Below the pieces are notes generated by a model. That model saw only the letters and a program-made list of their open reading frames with translations. It was not told the DNA's origin and ran no database searches. A DNA stretch of 61,959 nt, filler included. It is 4 parts of 4 records of this genome, joined end to end, with 100 filler letters (N's around TTAATTAATTAA, not from the genome) between each part and the next. Parts side by side here need not be neighbours in the genome. Positions count along the whole stretch, not along the records: positions 22,026 to 39,730 come from SRR20825019_976; positions 39,831 to 50,446 come from SRR20825019_978; 2 more parts are not named here. One strand, written 5' to 3'. This document shows, piece by piece, positions 30,880-43,151 of the stretch. The stretch's first letter is position 1; each line of letters starts with the position of its first letter. The position numbers and the translations under genes are program-made.

Positions 30880-32439
30880 ATGTCTTTTAATGTGCCGCAG
30901 CCCATCGGCCGTTTTAATATGGACCTGCTATATGCCCTGTTTGCAGGGGCAGGAGCAGGTCTTGCAGTCCTTATTGCTCTAGTTTCTCTGCTGGCATCCA
31001 ACCTACCATCATGCGGACTTGAGCATGCGGCCACAACAAGACAAAAATGGAGACTTCGCCTCCTTCAGTGCCAGTACCTCATTGTATATGGCTGTGCGAG
31101 TCTTGGTGACTGGCTCCAAGGTCCATACTTTTACAAGGTATACGAAGCAAATGGTTTCTCAAGACACAAGATTCAAGCTCTCTTCGTTGTGGGCTTTGCT
31201 AGTGCAGCGGTTTGTGGAACCGTGACAGGAACATTGGCCGACTCAGTTGGTCGTAAGAAAGTCTGCATTATTTATTTTGTGGTATACATCCTCTGCACAA
31301 TGAGTGTCCATGTAGAGGATAGCTATCCCGTACTTGTTGCTGGTCGAGTCATGGGCGGCATGGCCACGTGCCTTCTCTTCACAACCTTTGAAGCGTGGGT
31401 TGTCGCTGAACACCAGAAGTTGGGTTTGCCGGCCAAGTGGGTGGCTGACACTTTCAAGTACGCTGGACTCGCGAATTTCTTGATGGCCATTTCGGCTGGG
31501 TTGTGCGCCGAGCCCGCAGTGGATCATCTAACCGAAATGAAGCTGAAGACTGAACTTGGCAACTTTGTATTCTTTGGTGTGCGAGCACCATACGAGTTAG
31601 CAGCATTGGTAATGTTTGCAGGCATCATTGCCACCTTTACGCTGTGGAGAGAGAACTATGGATCCGATCGTATCAGTGATTCAGCTGAGGATGTGGAACG
31701 ACAGGCTAATGTAGATGGCATTCCCAGCGGAGGCTTCGATTGTAACACGGAGCACTCTGCTGCCACTGGATCGTACACACTGCTGGAGTCTGAAGAGAAG
31801 AAACCGACACCAAAGCTTAAGCTTATGTTCTTGGCTTTCATTCAGGCGTTGAAGGAGATACTATCCACTCCTGCCATTTTAGCGACGGGTTGCGTGTCAT
31901 CTTGCTTCGAGGCTGCTATGTATGCTTTCGTCATAGTTTGGACGCCTGCCCTTGGTACGGACCCTGAACCCCCTGTTGGATTTATATTTGCTGCTTTCAT
32001 GTCGGGGGCGATGCTAGGATCCCAGGGCTTTGGCATATTCAGTCGTGTTATTGGCGTGCATGCCACCCTTTTTTTGTCGCTTTTGACTGCTACTGCTAGC
32101 CTTGCTATCCCAGTCATCTGGCTTGGAGACGGCAATGGGGATACTCAACCATGGTGGTTCCTTGCGTTCTTCGTGTTTGAGCTTTGTGTTGGCATGTACT
32201 TTCCCTGCATTAGCACTGTCCGCGCAATGCTTATCGATGAATCGTCGAGGTCGGCAGTGTATGCCGTGATCAGGGCACCTCTGAATGCATTGGTGGCTGG
32301 CATTTTGCTTAGTGGATTGTCGGTTAGAGAGACCCTTGGAGCAGCTGCGGTCCTTTTGGCCATAGCCACGGTGTCGTCCCTTGCTATCTGCATGAAGTGT
32401 TCGGCTAAAAAGAATTTAAGCAAAATTATGTCGTCGTAA
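30880..32439 (+). CDS. Molybdate-anion transporter MOT2/MFSD5-family MFS protein
   Basis: YLIVY...GDWLQGPYFYKVY, LADSVGRKK, GRVMGGMAT.LLFTTFEAWVVAEH, FEAAMYAFVIVWTPAL, FELCVGMYFP, RAPLN. Confidence 0.9.
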   Translation: MSFNVPQPIGRFNMDLLYALFAGAGAGLAVLIALVSLLASNLPSCGLEHAATTRQKWRLRLLQCQYLIVYGCASLGDWLQGPYFYKVYEANGFSRHKIQALFVVGFASAAVCGTVTGTLADSVGRKKVCIIYFVVYILCTMSVHVEDSYPVLVAGRVMGGMATCLLFTTFEAWVVAEHQKLGLPAKWVADTFKYAGLANFLMAISAGLCAEPAVDHLTEMKLKTELGNFVFFGVRAPYELAALVMFAGIIATFTLWRENYGSDRISDSAEDVERQANVDGIPSGGFDCNTEHSAATGSYTLLESEEKKPTPKLKLMFLAFIQALKEILSTPAILATGCVSSCFEAAMYAFVIVWTPALGTDPEPPVGFIFAAFMSGAMLGSQGFGIFSRVIGVHATLFLSLLTATASLAIPVIWLGDGNGDTQPWWFLAFFVFELCVGMYFPCISTVRAMLIDESSRSAVYAVIRAPLNALVAGILLSGLSVRETLGAAAVLLAIATVSSLAICMKCSAKKNLSKIMSS

Positions 32440-32566
32440 CGTATTGCGACGCTATTACATTGAGGATATCACCGCAACACGTTCGAGCGGCCAGAAGCAT
32501 GCCACATTCGCTGCAATAGAAGGCTGCCTTGTATTTTAAGTCATATTTTCCGGCTGTTTATTGGCA

Positions 32567-35500
32567 TTAATGGTCTACGAATCTACGGCGACGGATGTCT
32601 TCCAGCTCCGCCCTCCAGCAAGTGGCCTGGAGTTTGAGACTCTCTCGCGACAGAGTAAGTGCACTGGCATCACCCTGCCTTGGCGACGAGTTGGAGGCTG
32701 TAGCAATACCGCCCGCCATGGGAGCCACACGTTGCGATGCAGGCGTTGATGAATCTAGGTGTCGATTTTTCTGTCCTGTTGATGCCTTTGGCACGTTCCG
32801 AGTACCGACAATAATGCTCTGCAAGTCAGATGTGGCCGTTGCTATAGGGTCGTAGTCCTTGCTCATTGGTCTCACCATCCTCAGTGGTGCATCCTCGGCC
32901 TGCGGCTGCACTCCAGGAACATACTGCTCCCCGATTGGGCTCCGTCTCACCAGAGCTGCAGGACTGTTTCTCACAGAGTCAGAGATGACCCTGCACCAGA
33001 ATAAAATAACACTTACCTTTCGGAACGACGCTGTGTCGCCTCGTTGAATCTTTCGATGCGAGCTTGATATTTTTCATAAGGCAGTGGGGATGCCTTACGG
33101 ACAGCCGCCAGTGCTCCTAGTCTCACCTTATTGGTGTCATATCTCGAGGGTGCGCCTTCTCCTGACATCATGCGAGCGGGCGAAGGGCTTCGACTTTGAA
33201 TTCGCCCCGTCGGCGATTGTACTCGCGGAAGTGGGGACACTCCTTGAGATGAAAGAAATCCTTTCACTGGCGACGGGCGGTTCATGTCCTGGTAGTGGCT
33301 GGGCATTACTTCAAACGGGGGAGGAGAGAGCAGTACCCTAGTACCACTCAGCTGAAACTTGCGAGCCGCCACAGACGGGTCCTCAATGAGCCCGGGCACA
33401 TTTTCACCGATGGATTGGGTGGATGCACTAGTGAAATCACGGCTCCCGGGGAGCTCAAACTTCTTCAGGCCCGCGATGCCTGGCATGCTAGGGATGCTAG
33501 CCTCCCTTGCAACGGGCTCTTCAGGATCGCTCTCCGACTCGCCTTGGGGAATGGGCGACATTAATACCCGAGAGCTCGTCTCCAGGAACAACGCGGAAGA
33601 CACATGAGGGTTGAAGTCGACTTTTGCTGGAAGTAGCGCGTCTTTCCCACGCTGCCGCAGAAGGGCTAGTTGCTGTTGCTGCTGCTGCTGCTGCTGTAAA
33701 TGAATCTCCTGCTGACTTTGTCCAATGGTGCTGGTGCTATGCTGCCCCTGCGCCAACAAGGAAAGAGAAAAGGGTAGCATCTCGATGGTGATATCCCTAG
33801 AGGGCATCTTGGGAGATGTATGAGGCGAACCCTTCGGCGAACCACGCGGTGAACCGGCGGGGCTCCGACTCTTGGGACTCTTCGCAGGGATCAAATCTTC
33901 AGGACGACCCGAAGTGTACCACAGGGCAGTAGAGTCGCCGCGAGGCTTGAGAGGACTCTTCCGTGAGGGAATTGTAGACCTGACAGGTGGGAGCTTCTTG
34001 GGGGTTCTGATTCCAGGGTTGTAATTTTTCAGCCTGCCGCTGGCGATGGCGACGTCACGCAGAGCATTGAAAACCTTCTTTGTCACCCGACGATCATCGT
34101 TAAGAACAGCAGCGACGAGAAGACGACGAGCCTCAACTGCAGCGGTAATACCGGCGTCCCACCTATGCAACGCATTCAAGAGCGTTCGAAGCATCGTGTA
34201 TTTCCGGATCCGCCTGCCGAATGTGTTCTGTCGAGTCCTGTTCCTCCAGTGCCGCATGGCGCGGGCAATGTTGTGACTAAGCCAGTTACTGACCACAAGC
34301 TCCATTGCCCGGCTCTTGTTCTTCAATCGGGGTGTACTGGGAATGACACCTACACTAGACCGCCTCTTCTGGAGAATGAGAGAATGGCTACCGCGGCACC
34401 AAAGAAGCAATGCCCTCGCCTGGCTAGCCCTCGTGCTGAAAGCAACGGCCAGCGCAAAGTACGGTCCAGGAGCGGTTGCACGGATGCGATACCACGTTCG
34501 GGCTATGTCTTTCTCGTCTTGGTCCGGCTTGAGGAACATCTCCATCAAAACGTACTGCTGGCGTGCCCGCTTCTCCTCAAAAAGCACATACCTCCACCAG
34601 ATCAAGGCCTCTCTGAACGCATTTCGCCGCCAAGTGATAGTGGCCCAAGTCAGCTGCTGCATCGCACGACGGGCCGCGCTAATGGCCGATACCCACGTAA
34701 GCCATGCTTTTCGCTGACGGAAGAGTGCCCATCCCACAGCCATGGACCGCATCCTCGAAAGAACTACTGCTTTGTTGTTCACTTGAGTGCTCCACAAAGC
34801 AAATGCATCCCTAACGGTGCGGACCTGCCATGTCGAGCGCGCCCACTCCAGTGCACACTGATTCATAAGGTGAAGTTTCCGGCGATTGCTTACATATCGA
34901 CCCCACCGCGCAAAAGCGGCAAGCTCAGACGAATGCATGAAATGGAATGTCGCCTCATTGACACTGCTACGGCGTCGTATCCGCGCGGTTTTGTTGGAAC
35001 GCCATCGAGAGAAGGATAGTTTGCGCTGATGGCCAAACCACATTTCGAGCTTACTACGAGACATCCTCCGCTGCCTAGTTATAAGTCTCCATGCTTCCGC
35101 CCCCTCACTAAGCTTCCTCATCATATGGTGCTCGGCAGCAGAAGCTATGTCAAGAGTCTCTCGGCGCTGGTATTCCAAGTACACCCTCCATCTCTCGAAG
35201 GCACCCCCGCAGGCTTTTCGCATCCAAAGCCGCACACCAGCCCTGGCAAGTTTCATAACATCAATATGGTCCCGCCATGCATGGAGTGCCTTCCACATAT
35301 CCACTTTGTCCCACCGCTGAAACGACTCGAATATTGAAGTCCGCGACTTGCGCCGAACGATGACCTTCCGCATCCACATTTGCATCACCGTGCCCAAATA
35401 GTATGTCTCGGCGTGATAGAGCTTCCATCTCATCTTAATTCCATCCTGAATCATATTATTCCATTTCAACCAAGCACGCCGCAAAGAAGTAACTCCAAAG

Positions 35501-38500
35501 TATTCAAAGGAAATCCGATGAAAGCGCAAGAGACGGGAGTTTGTTTTCCACCATCCCAGTGCCATCTTGGCCTGCGTCGCCAAAACAACACTGGCGGCCC
35601 CCTGTAGCTGGAAGATAACTTCAGCTGTCCTTGTTACCGTGCTATCCCACTGCAAATAGGCTTCCCGAAGCAATCGGATTCGAGACTCCCTCTTCATGGC
35701 GATGTACCGCGCCTCTGTCGCGATTCTCCTGTCAACCCACTGCGCCCAGAAGCGGAATCGTGAGTATGTGGTATTGATCGCCCAATATTCGATCACGACT
35801 TTCGCCTTGGCCGCAAATTTCCATGCCTCAAAGAGTCTTCTGCCTGACCACCCCAAAAAGAAGATGTCCGCGTTCTCTTCCATCTGGCAAAGCCTCACGA
35901 ACAACTTCATTCGCGTCATAGTGTTGCGCAAGACTGCAACATCCCTGTGCATGGTGGCTGAAACCAACATAGCCAGGTCTCTACGCTCTAGGTCCACCAC
36001 ACGACACCAAACGCCAAAGGCCTTCGCCAACGACAGCGCGGCCCTCTTATCATCTAAACCACATATGGCACGGGTTCGGACATGAACCAACTTCCACTCA
36101 TCAAAGGCGCGGCAAAGCTCCGTATTGCACCATCTTGCGTGGGCATGGTGAAGCAAACCCATGAACTGCGCATAGTTTCTCCAGTGGTCCATTGCAACTG
36201 CAAGCCACATTCCGGCAACTCGCTTGCCGACAGCAGATATCATCTTCTGGTTCTTGAACTTAGCAAACTTTTGCGACTGGACGAACCTCTTCCACATATG
36301 AATGCAGCGCGCTTCGTTAGATATTACCATGTGCTCGATAGCTTTCCGAAGCAGGTGTGTGTGCCGAACACGTGCAAACCACTTGTTCCATGCCCCCAGC
36401 AGCGAGCATGATCGCCAGTTCAAAACCGCAGCCTTGACCATCCCCGTGTAGCGCTGACTATTATCCATTAGCCTATGCCAGTGCCTGAGGTATCTCAAAC
36501 TTAGCCGCGCATTGGTCCGCTGTATATTTCTGTCCATGGCCATTGCAAGCATAGTTGACTGACGCCACCGCAAAAACAAACGATACATGTCACGATCGCA
36601 CGAGCGAGCATATATACTCTCGCATACTGGCCACAACTGTGATGACTTTGAAGCAAACTGCCTCCATTCGTGCATACAGCGGTGCATGGACCATAGCTCC
36701 AGCGCAAACACGACCCTCGGTGCTTCCCAGACGCTTCCAAACGCTGGCAGGTTGAATGGTATCCGAGGAATTCCGGTGAAAGAGCGGCGGCTATTCCAAG
36801 TTCTTCTGCTTTTGTTGATGCGATTCATCGCTATCCTGGAATCACTTACAAAGTCTTGCCACAACACCATCGCCTTTCCTGTCGCTTTGATATTAAAAAA
36901 TAGATTCAGTTGGTGGCGCCTAAACCAGCGAACAACAACCTCGCGCCATTTGTTGAACGAACGCCGTAGAGTAAGACCCCTCTCAAACCTAATGATATTC
37001 CTCATCTTTCTCCGCAACAAAACCCGCCTTGTCACGTTATCTCTCCAGTGATTGAAGTATCGATTTCCAAAGCGGTTCTGGATGCGAGCCTTAATCTCCA
37101 TTGTCTTGTACATTTGTAACCTCCACAAAGATCTATTTCCCTTCCACTGCCTCAGGTACTTGCTCTTCAATACCAGTGTGGCCACTGTGTCAGCCATATT
37201 AAATTTCCGCACTATAAACGCGTAATGATATATTTGCCGCCATGCTCTCTGCAGCGATGCAGTCTGCCAGTGCGAGATAGCACCTACAAGTATTCTATTC
37301 TTTCTTGCCAGCCCCTTGGCAACTTTGTTCCACGCCCACAAGCGTTTCCGCAAACTAAACCTATCAACGTCACTTCTAATGGTTGCTGCCACCCTGCAGT
37401 CAATAGCAAACTTTTGCCAGCTTGCCATCCCCACGGTCAAGCATTTGAACCTGCGGAACCAATCCGCCCTTCGTTCTAGCATGACGTTCCTCCACGTCGC
37501 GAATGGCGCATATAGGCCGCCCAATTGCCAATGCACATGTGCCAGCTGTCGCTTCACCATATCTCGACGCCTACGCGAAATAAAGCTCGTCCATAGATGC
37601 CAGGAGTGAGCTAGCAAATGCGGGATGGCTCTTTTGGTTGCAGCTTGCTGTCTAGATCTCTTCGAAATAAGCACCATCCTTCTCACCTTCCAGTGAGAGA
37701 TTGCACGCGCCTTGCTCAATCGAATCCAAGTCAGTTTCGCAAGGATGAAATTGGTTTTTGCCATTCGGCGCCAAGAACGAAATATCGTAACCATGGTCTT
37801 GGTCATCTTACCCCAAAGCAGTCTTTCTGCCATGATGCGCATATGAAGATACGTTACAAACCAACGCACTGAGCGCCTCAAGCGCTCTTCCTCGCAATAT
37901 AAAATTACAGCGCGATGACGCACCTCACGATTGATACTCTCCAACCAAAAATGAAAGGCCCTATGTTTGTATATGTACTCAGTTTTGTGTAGCCGCTGAC
38001 CGGCCACAAATTTGGTTGTAAGCTGCAGTGGTAACGTCGAGCTGTGCGTCGATATCCTAAGCAACTCCCGCTCTAAAGTGGCATCTACATCTTCACTCAT
38101 CTTAGCGAATGCGGTGTCGATTTGCATCTGGGAAACACTGTCCACAACTCGTTCCATACGAATGCTCTCCAACTCTTGGTCAACCATTGCACCAGGCCGC
38201 ACATCAATAACAGAAGCTGGTACCGATGACCTTCCGGCAGATGGCATGGTCACCTCCAGCGTAGGTGTTTCCCGATTCAAAACAATAGACTTTGCCTCAG
38301 TGTCTCGTCTAATATTCTCTGCAAATACACGCAGTGAAGGACTCCGTGAGCGAGTCCTGGATCTCCTCAGTGCCGGGTCAGGAGACTGTACTAGGCGCGG
38401 TGGTGACTTCCCGGGTGATTCGGACCGCCCACTAGGTCGGATAGGAGAATGACTTGGTAGAGGCGACATTACTCGTTGGACCTCTGGCGATAACGATCGA

Positions 38501-39522
38501 TACAGCTCACTGCGAATAGGTTGTTGTATAACTGGGGATAGATTATTGCGGTGCAAAGGACTGCTGTCCCTCTTGATGGAGGATATACTCGTTCGTTGTG
38601 ATATGTTCGATTGTTCGCCAACTCCTTTTTCCAAAACCCTTTGGTCTAAAGCGTGGAGCCGGCCCCTTAGGCGCTCCACCCTCATATCAAACTGCGTACT
38701 ACCAGTAGATGATCCTGCCGCCCGTTTGCTAAATCTACTTTCTCCTTTTGCTCCCGATTTTCTATCCCTCCCACCAAGCGCCTGCTTCCTCGAGCTCCCT
38801 TTTGGCCCCATCCTCAACAATGCCGTGAGGGGCGTCCTCTTCGGGCTAACTGCGAAGTGCCTCTGGTCCATAACTTTAGAATCTCCACGATCCCATCCTT
38901 CGCCCCCGAGTGATTCCAACCTTCCCTCAACCTCAACTCCTAAATACCCTGCTTCATCGTGGCTGCTCCGTGTTTTTCCGCCGAAAAGGTGGCTCTGAGC
39001 CACCAACTTCGAAGCCACATCAGTCCATGAAGGTGCTTCCGCATCAAGCTTTTTGCGTGGGCTCTTCTGCGGACTTCGGCGTGGGCTCCTGTGAGAGCGT
39101 CCCTGTAGTGCACCTGCATCTGAACCCTCAAAGACTCGTTTTCCGCCCCCAGTCTTTGCACGGGTGAGACTTAAAACAGACCGCTGCGATGAAACCGGCA
39201 CGACACTAGGCTCAGGGAGGTGAAAGCGGTTTGGTTTGGGGCTAGCACTGTTGCTCTTCAGTAAGGGGCTCCGCTCTGGCTTACCTCCATCTAGGGGGAT
39301 TACGCGGGAGCTATTCACTTCATGTACAAACACTTCGTCATCGGTGTTGATTTTGAGAACAGGTGGGGACGGAGGGGACGGAGGGGACGGAGGCCAAGCG
39401 ATTCCATCGGTGACACTGCCCTTTACGCTGACAAGACCCTCGACCTCCTCGCAGAATCGCAGCTCTTCTAAATCAGCAAGAATTTGCGCGCGCTGGAGCT
39501 CGAGCTCGGCAGTTGTGGGCAT
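32567..39522 (-). CDS. Large Sfi1-repeat (centrin-binding) protein, about 2300 aa; one intron near 32964-33016
   Basis: Dozens of degenerate basic helical repeats with the L/AxxxF/WxxW[KR] pattern (e.g. RSFNKWRE, RAFDEWKL, KAFGVWCR), SP-rich termini and polyQ. A GTAAGT donor at 33016 joins the 32567-32974 ORF in frame. Confidence 0.75.
33670..33696 (-). repeat. CAG/CAA microsatellite encoding polyglutamine
   Basis: (tgc)n on the plus strand, Q9 in the protein. Confidence 0.85.
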
Positions 39523-39711
39523 GTTTGCTACCAAGCCACACAATATTACGTCACGGCCTCCGCTGATAGTTTGGACAGTGTATACGATTACTTGCGTTGA
39601 ACCTTATGCAAACCCCTCCTTCAGCGACTACAGCGTCGTCGCTAAGTATTCGCAGCGGCGCTGTTGGACGAGACGGGCAGGGCTGATGGGCGTGGCCAGC
39701 GGTCAGCGGCT

Positions 39712-39730
39712 GGGGGGGGGGGGGGGGGGG
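39712..39730. repeat. Poly-G run at contig end
   Basis: 19 consecutive G. Confidence 0.95.
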
Positions 39731-39830
39731 NNNNNNNNNNNNNNNNNNNNNNNNNNNNNNNNNNNNNNNNNNNNTTAATTAATTAANNNNNNNNNNNNNN
39801 NNNNNNNNNNNNNNNNNNNNNNNNNNNNNN
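39731..39830. other. Artificial contig-joining spacer
   Basis: N44 + TTAATTAATTAA + N44. Confidence 0.98.
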
Positions 39831-40649
39831 GAATACGTGGAATCCGTGAAATCCTGTGATAAAGAAAAAGAAATCGGCGAACAATCTATGTCCATATTCG
39901 TTGTGAATAAGGTTTGCACCTTCTACCACTTGGTTAGCTTCCAGTATTTTTGAAAGCGATTCTTTTCTGTCCAAAAGGGTTTTTTCACCTTCTTCATTCA
40001 GTTGTTCCGTTCTGATAAGGATATTTGGTGTTGCTTTGAAACCTTCAACAACTTCGTTCAAAGAGTAAGAAGGCATCGACCTTTCACCATAAAACCATAT
40101 ACCTTCGCTCTCTACATGTCTTTCCCTTTCATCAGGTATTGTTTTTGCAAAGTCAGCCAAGGCAGCTCTTTCCCCTGTTTCCGCATCAACAAACTGAAGG
40201 ATTCTACCTGAGTTGGTTTCTAGAGCTCCGTAATCACCTTTAATGAATGTTGCCCACTCCCATGCCTGTGAGCCAACGAAGATGGCACCACCGATGATGG
40301 TTAGGAACATATATAGGATAACGCTTTTTTGCTTCATTTTGTGACCTGCATCCACTGCGAGCACCATGGTCACAGAGGACATAATCAAAACAAAGGTCAT
40401 GAAAGCCACATAATACATAGGATAGTTCCCATGGAAAAAGGGCACGTGGGTAAATACCTCATCGGCTATAGGCCATAGCTCTATAAACTTAAATCTTGAG
40501 AAACCATAGGCTACCAAGAACCCAGAAAAGGTCAAGGCATCCGACATGATAAAAAACCACATCATCATTTTTCCATAGCTAGCGCCAAGAGGCTTATTTC
40601 CGCCTCCCCAAACGCTGTCTTCTGTACCGGTACTTACCGTTGCATCCAT
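39831..40649 (-). CDS. Cytochrome c oxidase subunit III-family protein (3'-truncated)
   Basis: GKMMMWFFIMSD, TFVLIMSSVTM, FFFITGFHGFHV. Confidence 0.9.
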
Positions 40650-40677
40650 ATAAAAGGTCGTTTTATTAAAACTTTCA

Positions 40678-40685
40678 CAAATTTA
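40678..40685 (-). promoter_or_regulatory. Bacteroidetes-type -7 promoter element (TAnnTTTG)
   Basis: TAAATTTG on the minus strand, about 30 nt upstream of the 40649 ATG. Confidence 0.55.
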
Positions 40686-40741
40686 CATTTTTTGATGTAT
40701 TGTAAAAGACAAACTTGATTGAAAACTGCGTCAATCTTGTT

Positions 40742-41323
40742 TTATTTCACGAAATACATAAATAGAATTAGATATACCCAAATAAAATCCAAAAAATGCC
40801 AAAATGTGGCACCCAACTCCATTCCCAACATATTATCGGGGGTATACTTATGTCTTATTTGCTGTACAATAACCACTAAAAGTGAAATCAATCCTGCCAC
40901 TACGTGGGCAATATGTACGGCAGCTATCAAAAATACGTAGGACATTTTTATATTACTGGTGGGACCGGTAAAATAATAACCGTTTTCCAGCATCTGTGAA
41001 AACCCCACAAATTGTAATGATATAAATGTGATTCCCAGTGCCAAAGTGATGAGCAAACATATAGTGCCCGCCTTTTGATTATTGTTGCTTACAGATTTTC
41101 TCGCGATAAAATAGGTAATACTGCTCAAGATAATCATGGCCGTGCTGACAAAGAATGCACTTGGGAGCTCTAAATCACTTACCCAATCCTCTCGTTTACT
41201 ACTTACAATATAGGCGCTCGTCCAACCAGCAAAGCCCATGATCAAACTCACAATACCGAACCAAAGCATCATTTTTTTTGCCCTTTTGTTCTTTTCCTCC
41301 GCTGTTCCTTGGGTTAAATCCAT
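40742..41323 (-). CDS. ctaE: Cytochrome c oxidase subunit III-family protein
   Basis: KMMLWFGIVS, HIAHV, FWHFLDFIWVYL. Confidence 0.88.
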   Translation of the reverse strand: MDLTQGTAEEKNKRAKKMMLWFGIVSLIMGFAGWTSAYIVSSKREDWVSDLELPSAFFVSTAMIILSSITYFIARKSVSNNNQKAGTICLLITLALGITFISLQFVGFSQMLENGYYFTGPTSNIKMSYVFLIAAVHIAHVVAGLISLLVVIVQQIRHKYTPDNMLGMELGATFWHFLDFIWVYLILFMYFVK

Positions 41324-41325
41324 TT

Positions 41326-42228
41326 TTAGCTTATAAACTTATCTAATACGTATACTATCTGAATCAATGATATGTAGGTAACACTGGCCAACATCAATTT
41401 TCTGGCTGATGCATTGTCCCTATTTTCATAAAGTTTGAAAGCAAAAAACAACATGACCAATCCTGACAAAAATACGATGATTGCTGCAGTAATGGAAAGG
41501 TTAAGCCTACCCGTGAAACCAAAAACCGGGACAATGGAGATTACAATCATCCAGATGGTGTAAAGTATGATCTGAAGTGCCGTTCCCTTATCCCTATTTC
41601 CTGTAGGCAACATCTTGAAGCCTGCTTGTTTGTAGTCGTCGTCCAACATCCAACCCAGTGCCCAGAAGTGTGGGAACTGCCAGAAGAATTGTATCATAAA
41701 TAATGTGCCGGGTTCAATCCCAAAATCATCGGTCGCGGCAACCCATCCCAACATAAATGGTATGGCACCAGGAAAAGCACCAACAAATACCGAAAGTGGT
41801 GACTTTGTTTTTAGCGGTGTATAAACACTGGTATACAAAAAAATGGATATAGCACCGAACATCGCCGTTTTAGGGCTTAGTGCCAACAAAGCCAAAACAC
41901 CCAGCACTGTTAAAGTGACTGCAATAATCAGGGCAGTCCTAACACTCATTCTACCTGATGGAATAGGCCGGTTTCTTGTACGCTTCATCAGAGCGTCGAG
42001 ATCCTTTTCTATAATTTGATTATAGGCATTTGAGGCCCCGACCATGCAGTACCCCCCAAACATCAATAACAACAAGGAAATCAAATCCACCTGATAGGCG
42101 CCCAGAAAATACCCTGCAATCGAAGAGAAGACCACACTTACGGCCAACTTGGCCTTGGTAATCTCCTTAAAGTCGGAAAATACTATGGAAAGGGTATTGC
42201 TTTTTACTGAACCTACGGCAGATTTCAT
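41326..42228 (-). CDS. cyoE: Protoheme IX farnesyltransferase (heme O synthase)
   Basis: NQIIEKDLDALMKRTRNRPIPSGR, YTPLK, GAFPGAIP, FFWQFPHF. Confidence 0.95.
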   Translation of the reverse strand: MKSAVGSVKSNTLSIVFSDFKEITKAKLAVSVVFSSIAGYFLGAYQVDLISLLLLMFGGYCMVGASNAYNQIIEKDLDALMKRTRNRPIPSGRMSVRTALIIAVTLTVLGVLALLALSPKTAMFGAISIFLYTSVYTPLKTKSPLSVFVGAFPGAIPFMLGWVAATDDFGIEPGTLFMIQFFWQFPHFWALGWMLDDDYKQAGFKMLPTGNRDKGTALQIILYTIWMIVISIVPVFGFTGRLNLSITAAIIVFLSGLVMLFFAFKLYENRDNASARKLMLASVTYISLIQIVYVLDKFIS

Positions 42229-42247
42229 CCACTACATTATTGGCTGG

Positions 42248-42255
42248 CAAAGATA
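42248..42255 (-). promoter_or_regulatory. Bacteroidetes-type -7 promoter element upstream of cyoE
   Basis: TATCTTTG on the minus strand, 20 nt upstream of the ATG, with a TTG about 20 nt further upstream. Confidence 0.6.
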
Positions 42256-42317
42256 ACGCCAGTGTATATCTTTTGCAACCAAAGCTAAAGTTTTATGATT
42301 CTTGTAATTAAATGAAT

Positions 42318-42351
42318 AAAAAAAGCCTTGACGTTTCCATCAGGGCTTTTT
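42318..42351 (-). terminator. Rho-independent terminator downstream of the TonB gene
   Basis: AAAAAGCCTTGA-cgtttcca-TCAGGGCTTTTT stem-loop with A/T tails. Confidence 0.75.
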
Positions 42352-42383
42352 CTATTCCTACCTCGGCAAGAATTATATAAATT

Positions 42384-43088
42384 TTACTGAAGCTTAAATG
42401 TAATTGGAATACTGAAAGGAACCTTTACTGGCCTACCTCTTTGTTTTCCAGGCGTCATTTTAGGCAGTTTTTGAATAATTCTCATCGCCTCTGCTTCCAA
42501 GTTTTTGTCCGGTCCACGCATTCTAATGTTTCCGATACTTCCATCTTTCTGGATAACGAAAATTACACTTACCCTACCTTGAACTCCCATTTCTTGGGCA
42601 ATTTCTGGGTAACGGAAGTTTTTACGAATGTGAGCTTGCATTTGTTCTTGAAAACAAGCCTTTTTATCCTTAGCGTTTTCACACCCAGGGAATACTGGCA
42701 CGTCCTCGATAACTGCAAAAGGAACAGAAATATCTTCTTCAACTTCTTCCACTTCAACTTCCTCGATTTCGATTACCTCTTCTTCTTGGCTGGTTTCAGT
42801 AGATTCGATTACTGTTTCCTCAACTTCTTCCTCATCTTCTACAACCTCGATAACTTCGGGGGCTGCAGGTGGCGGTGGTGGCGGTGGAGTCTTGATTTGC
42901 TCGGTCATTGGCACTTCTTCGTCCAATTGATCTTCAACATTCATAGAAATGTCGTAATCATTGACCTTGTCATATTTTTTCCACTCCATGGCTCCGTATA
43001 CCAATGCCAAAACAGCGGCCAATCCTATAACGAAATATAGGGCACTGTTTCTTCCTACGTCTGCTTTCGGGTTCTTTTTTGGTTCCAT
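42384..43088 (-). CDS. tonB: Energy transducer TonB
   Basis: N-terminal TM, poly-Pro/acidic linker, C-terminal YPEIAQEMGVQGRV...PGKQRGRPVKV. Confidence 0.88.
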   Translation of the reverse strand: MEPKKNPKADVGRNSALYFVIGLAAVLALVYGAMEWKKYDKVNDYDISMNVEDQLDEEVPMTEQIKTPPPPPPPAAPEVIEVVEDEEEVEETVIESTETSQEEEVIEIEEVEVEEVEEDISVPFAVIEDVPVFPGCENAKDKKACFQEQMQAHIRKNFRYPEIAQEMGVQGRVSVIFVIQKDGSIGNIRMRGPDKNLEAEAMRIIQKLPKMTPGKQRGRPVKVPFSIPITFKLQ

Positions 43089-43151
43089 CCTTTTTCTCCT
43101 TTTCTAAATTTAGTGTTTGCTAATTTAATTATTAATTGGTTAAATAAACAA

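Noticed and set aside
39365-39392. GGGGACGGA x3 tandem near the contig end as a telomere-like repeat
   Set aside because: It lies in frame within the Sfi1-like gene, encoding PPSPPSPPSP.
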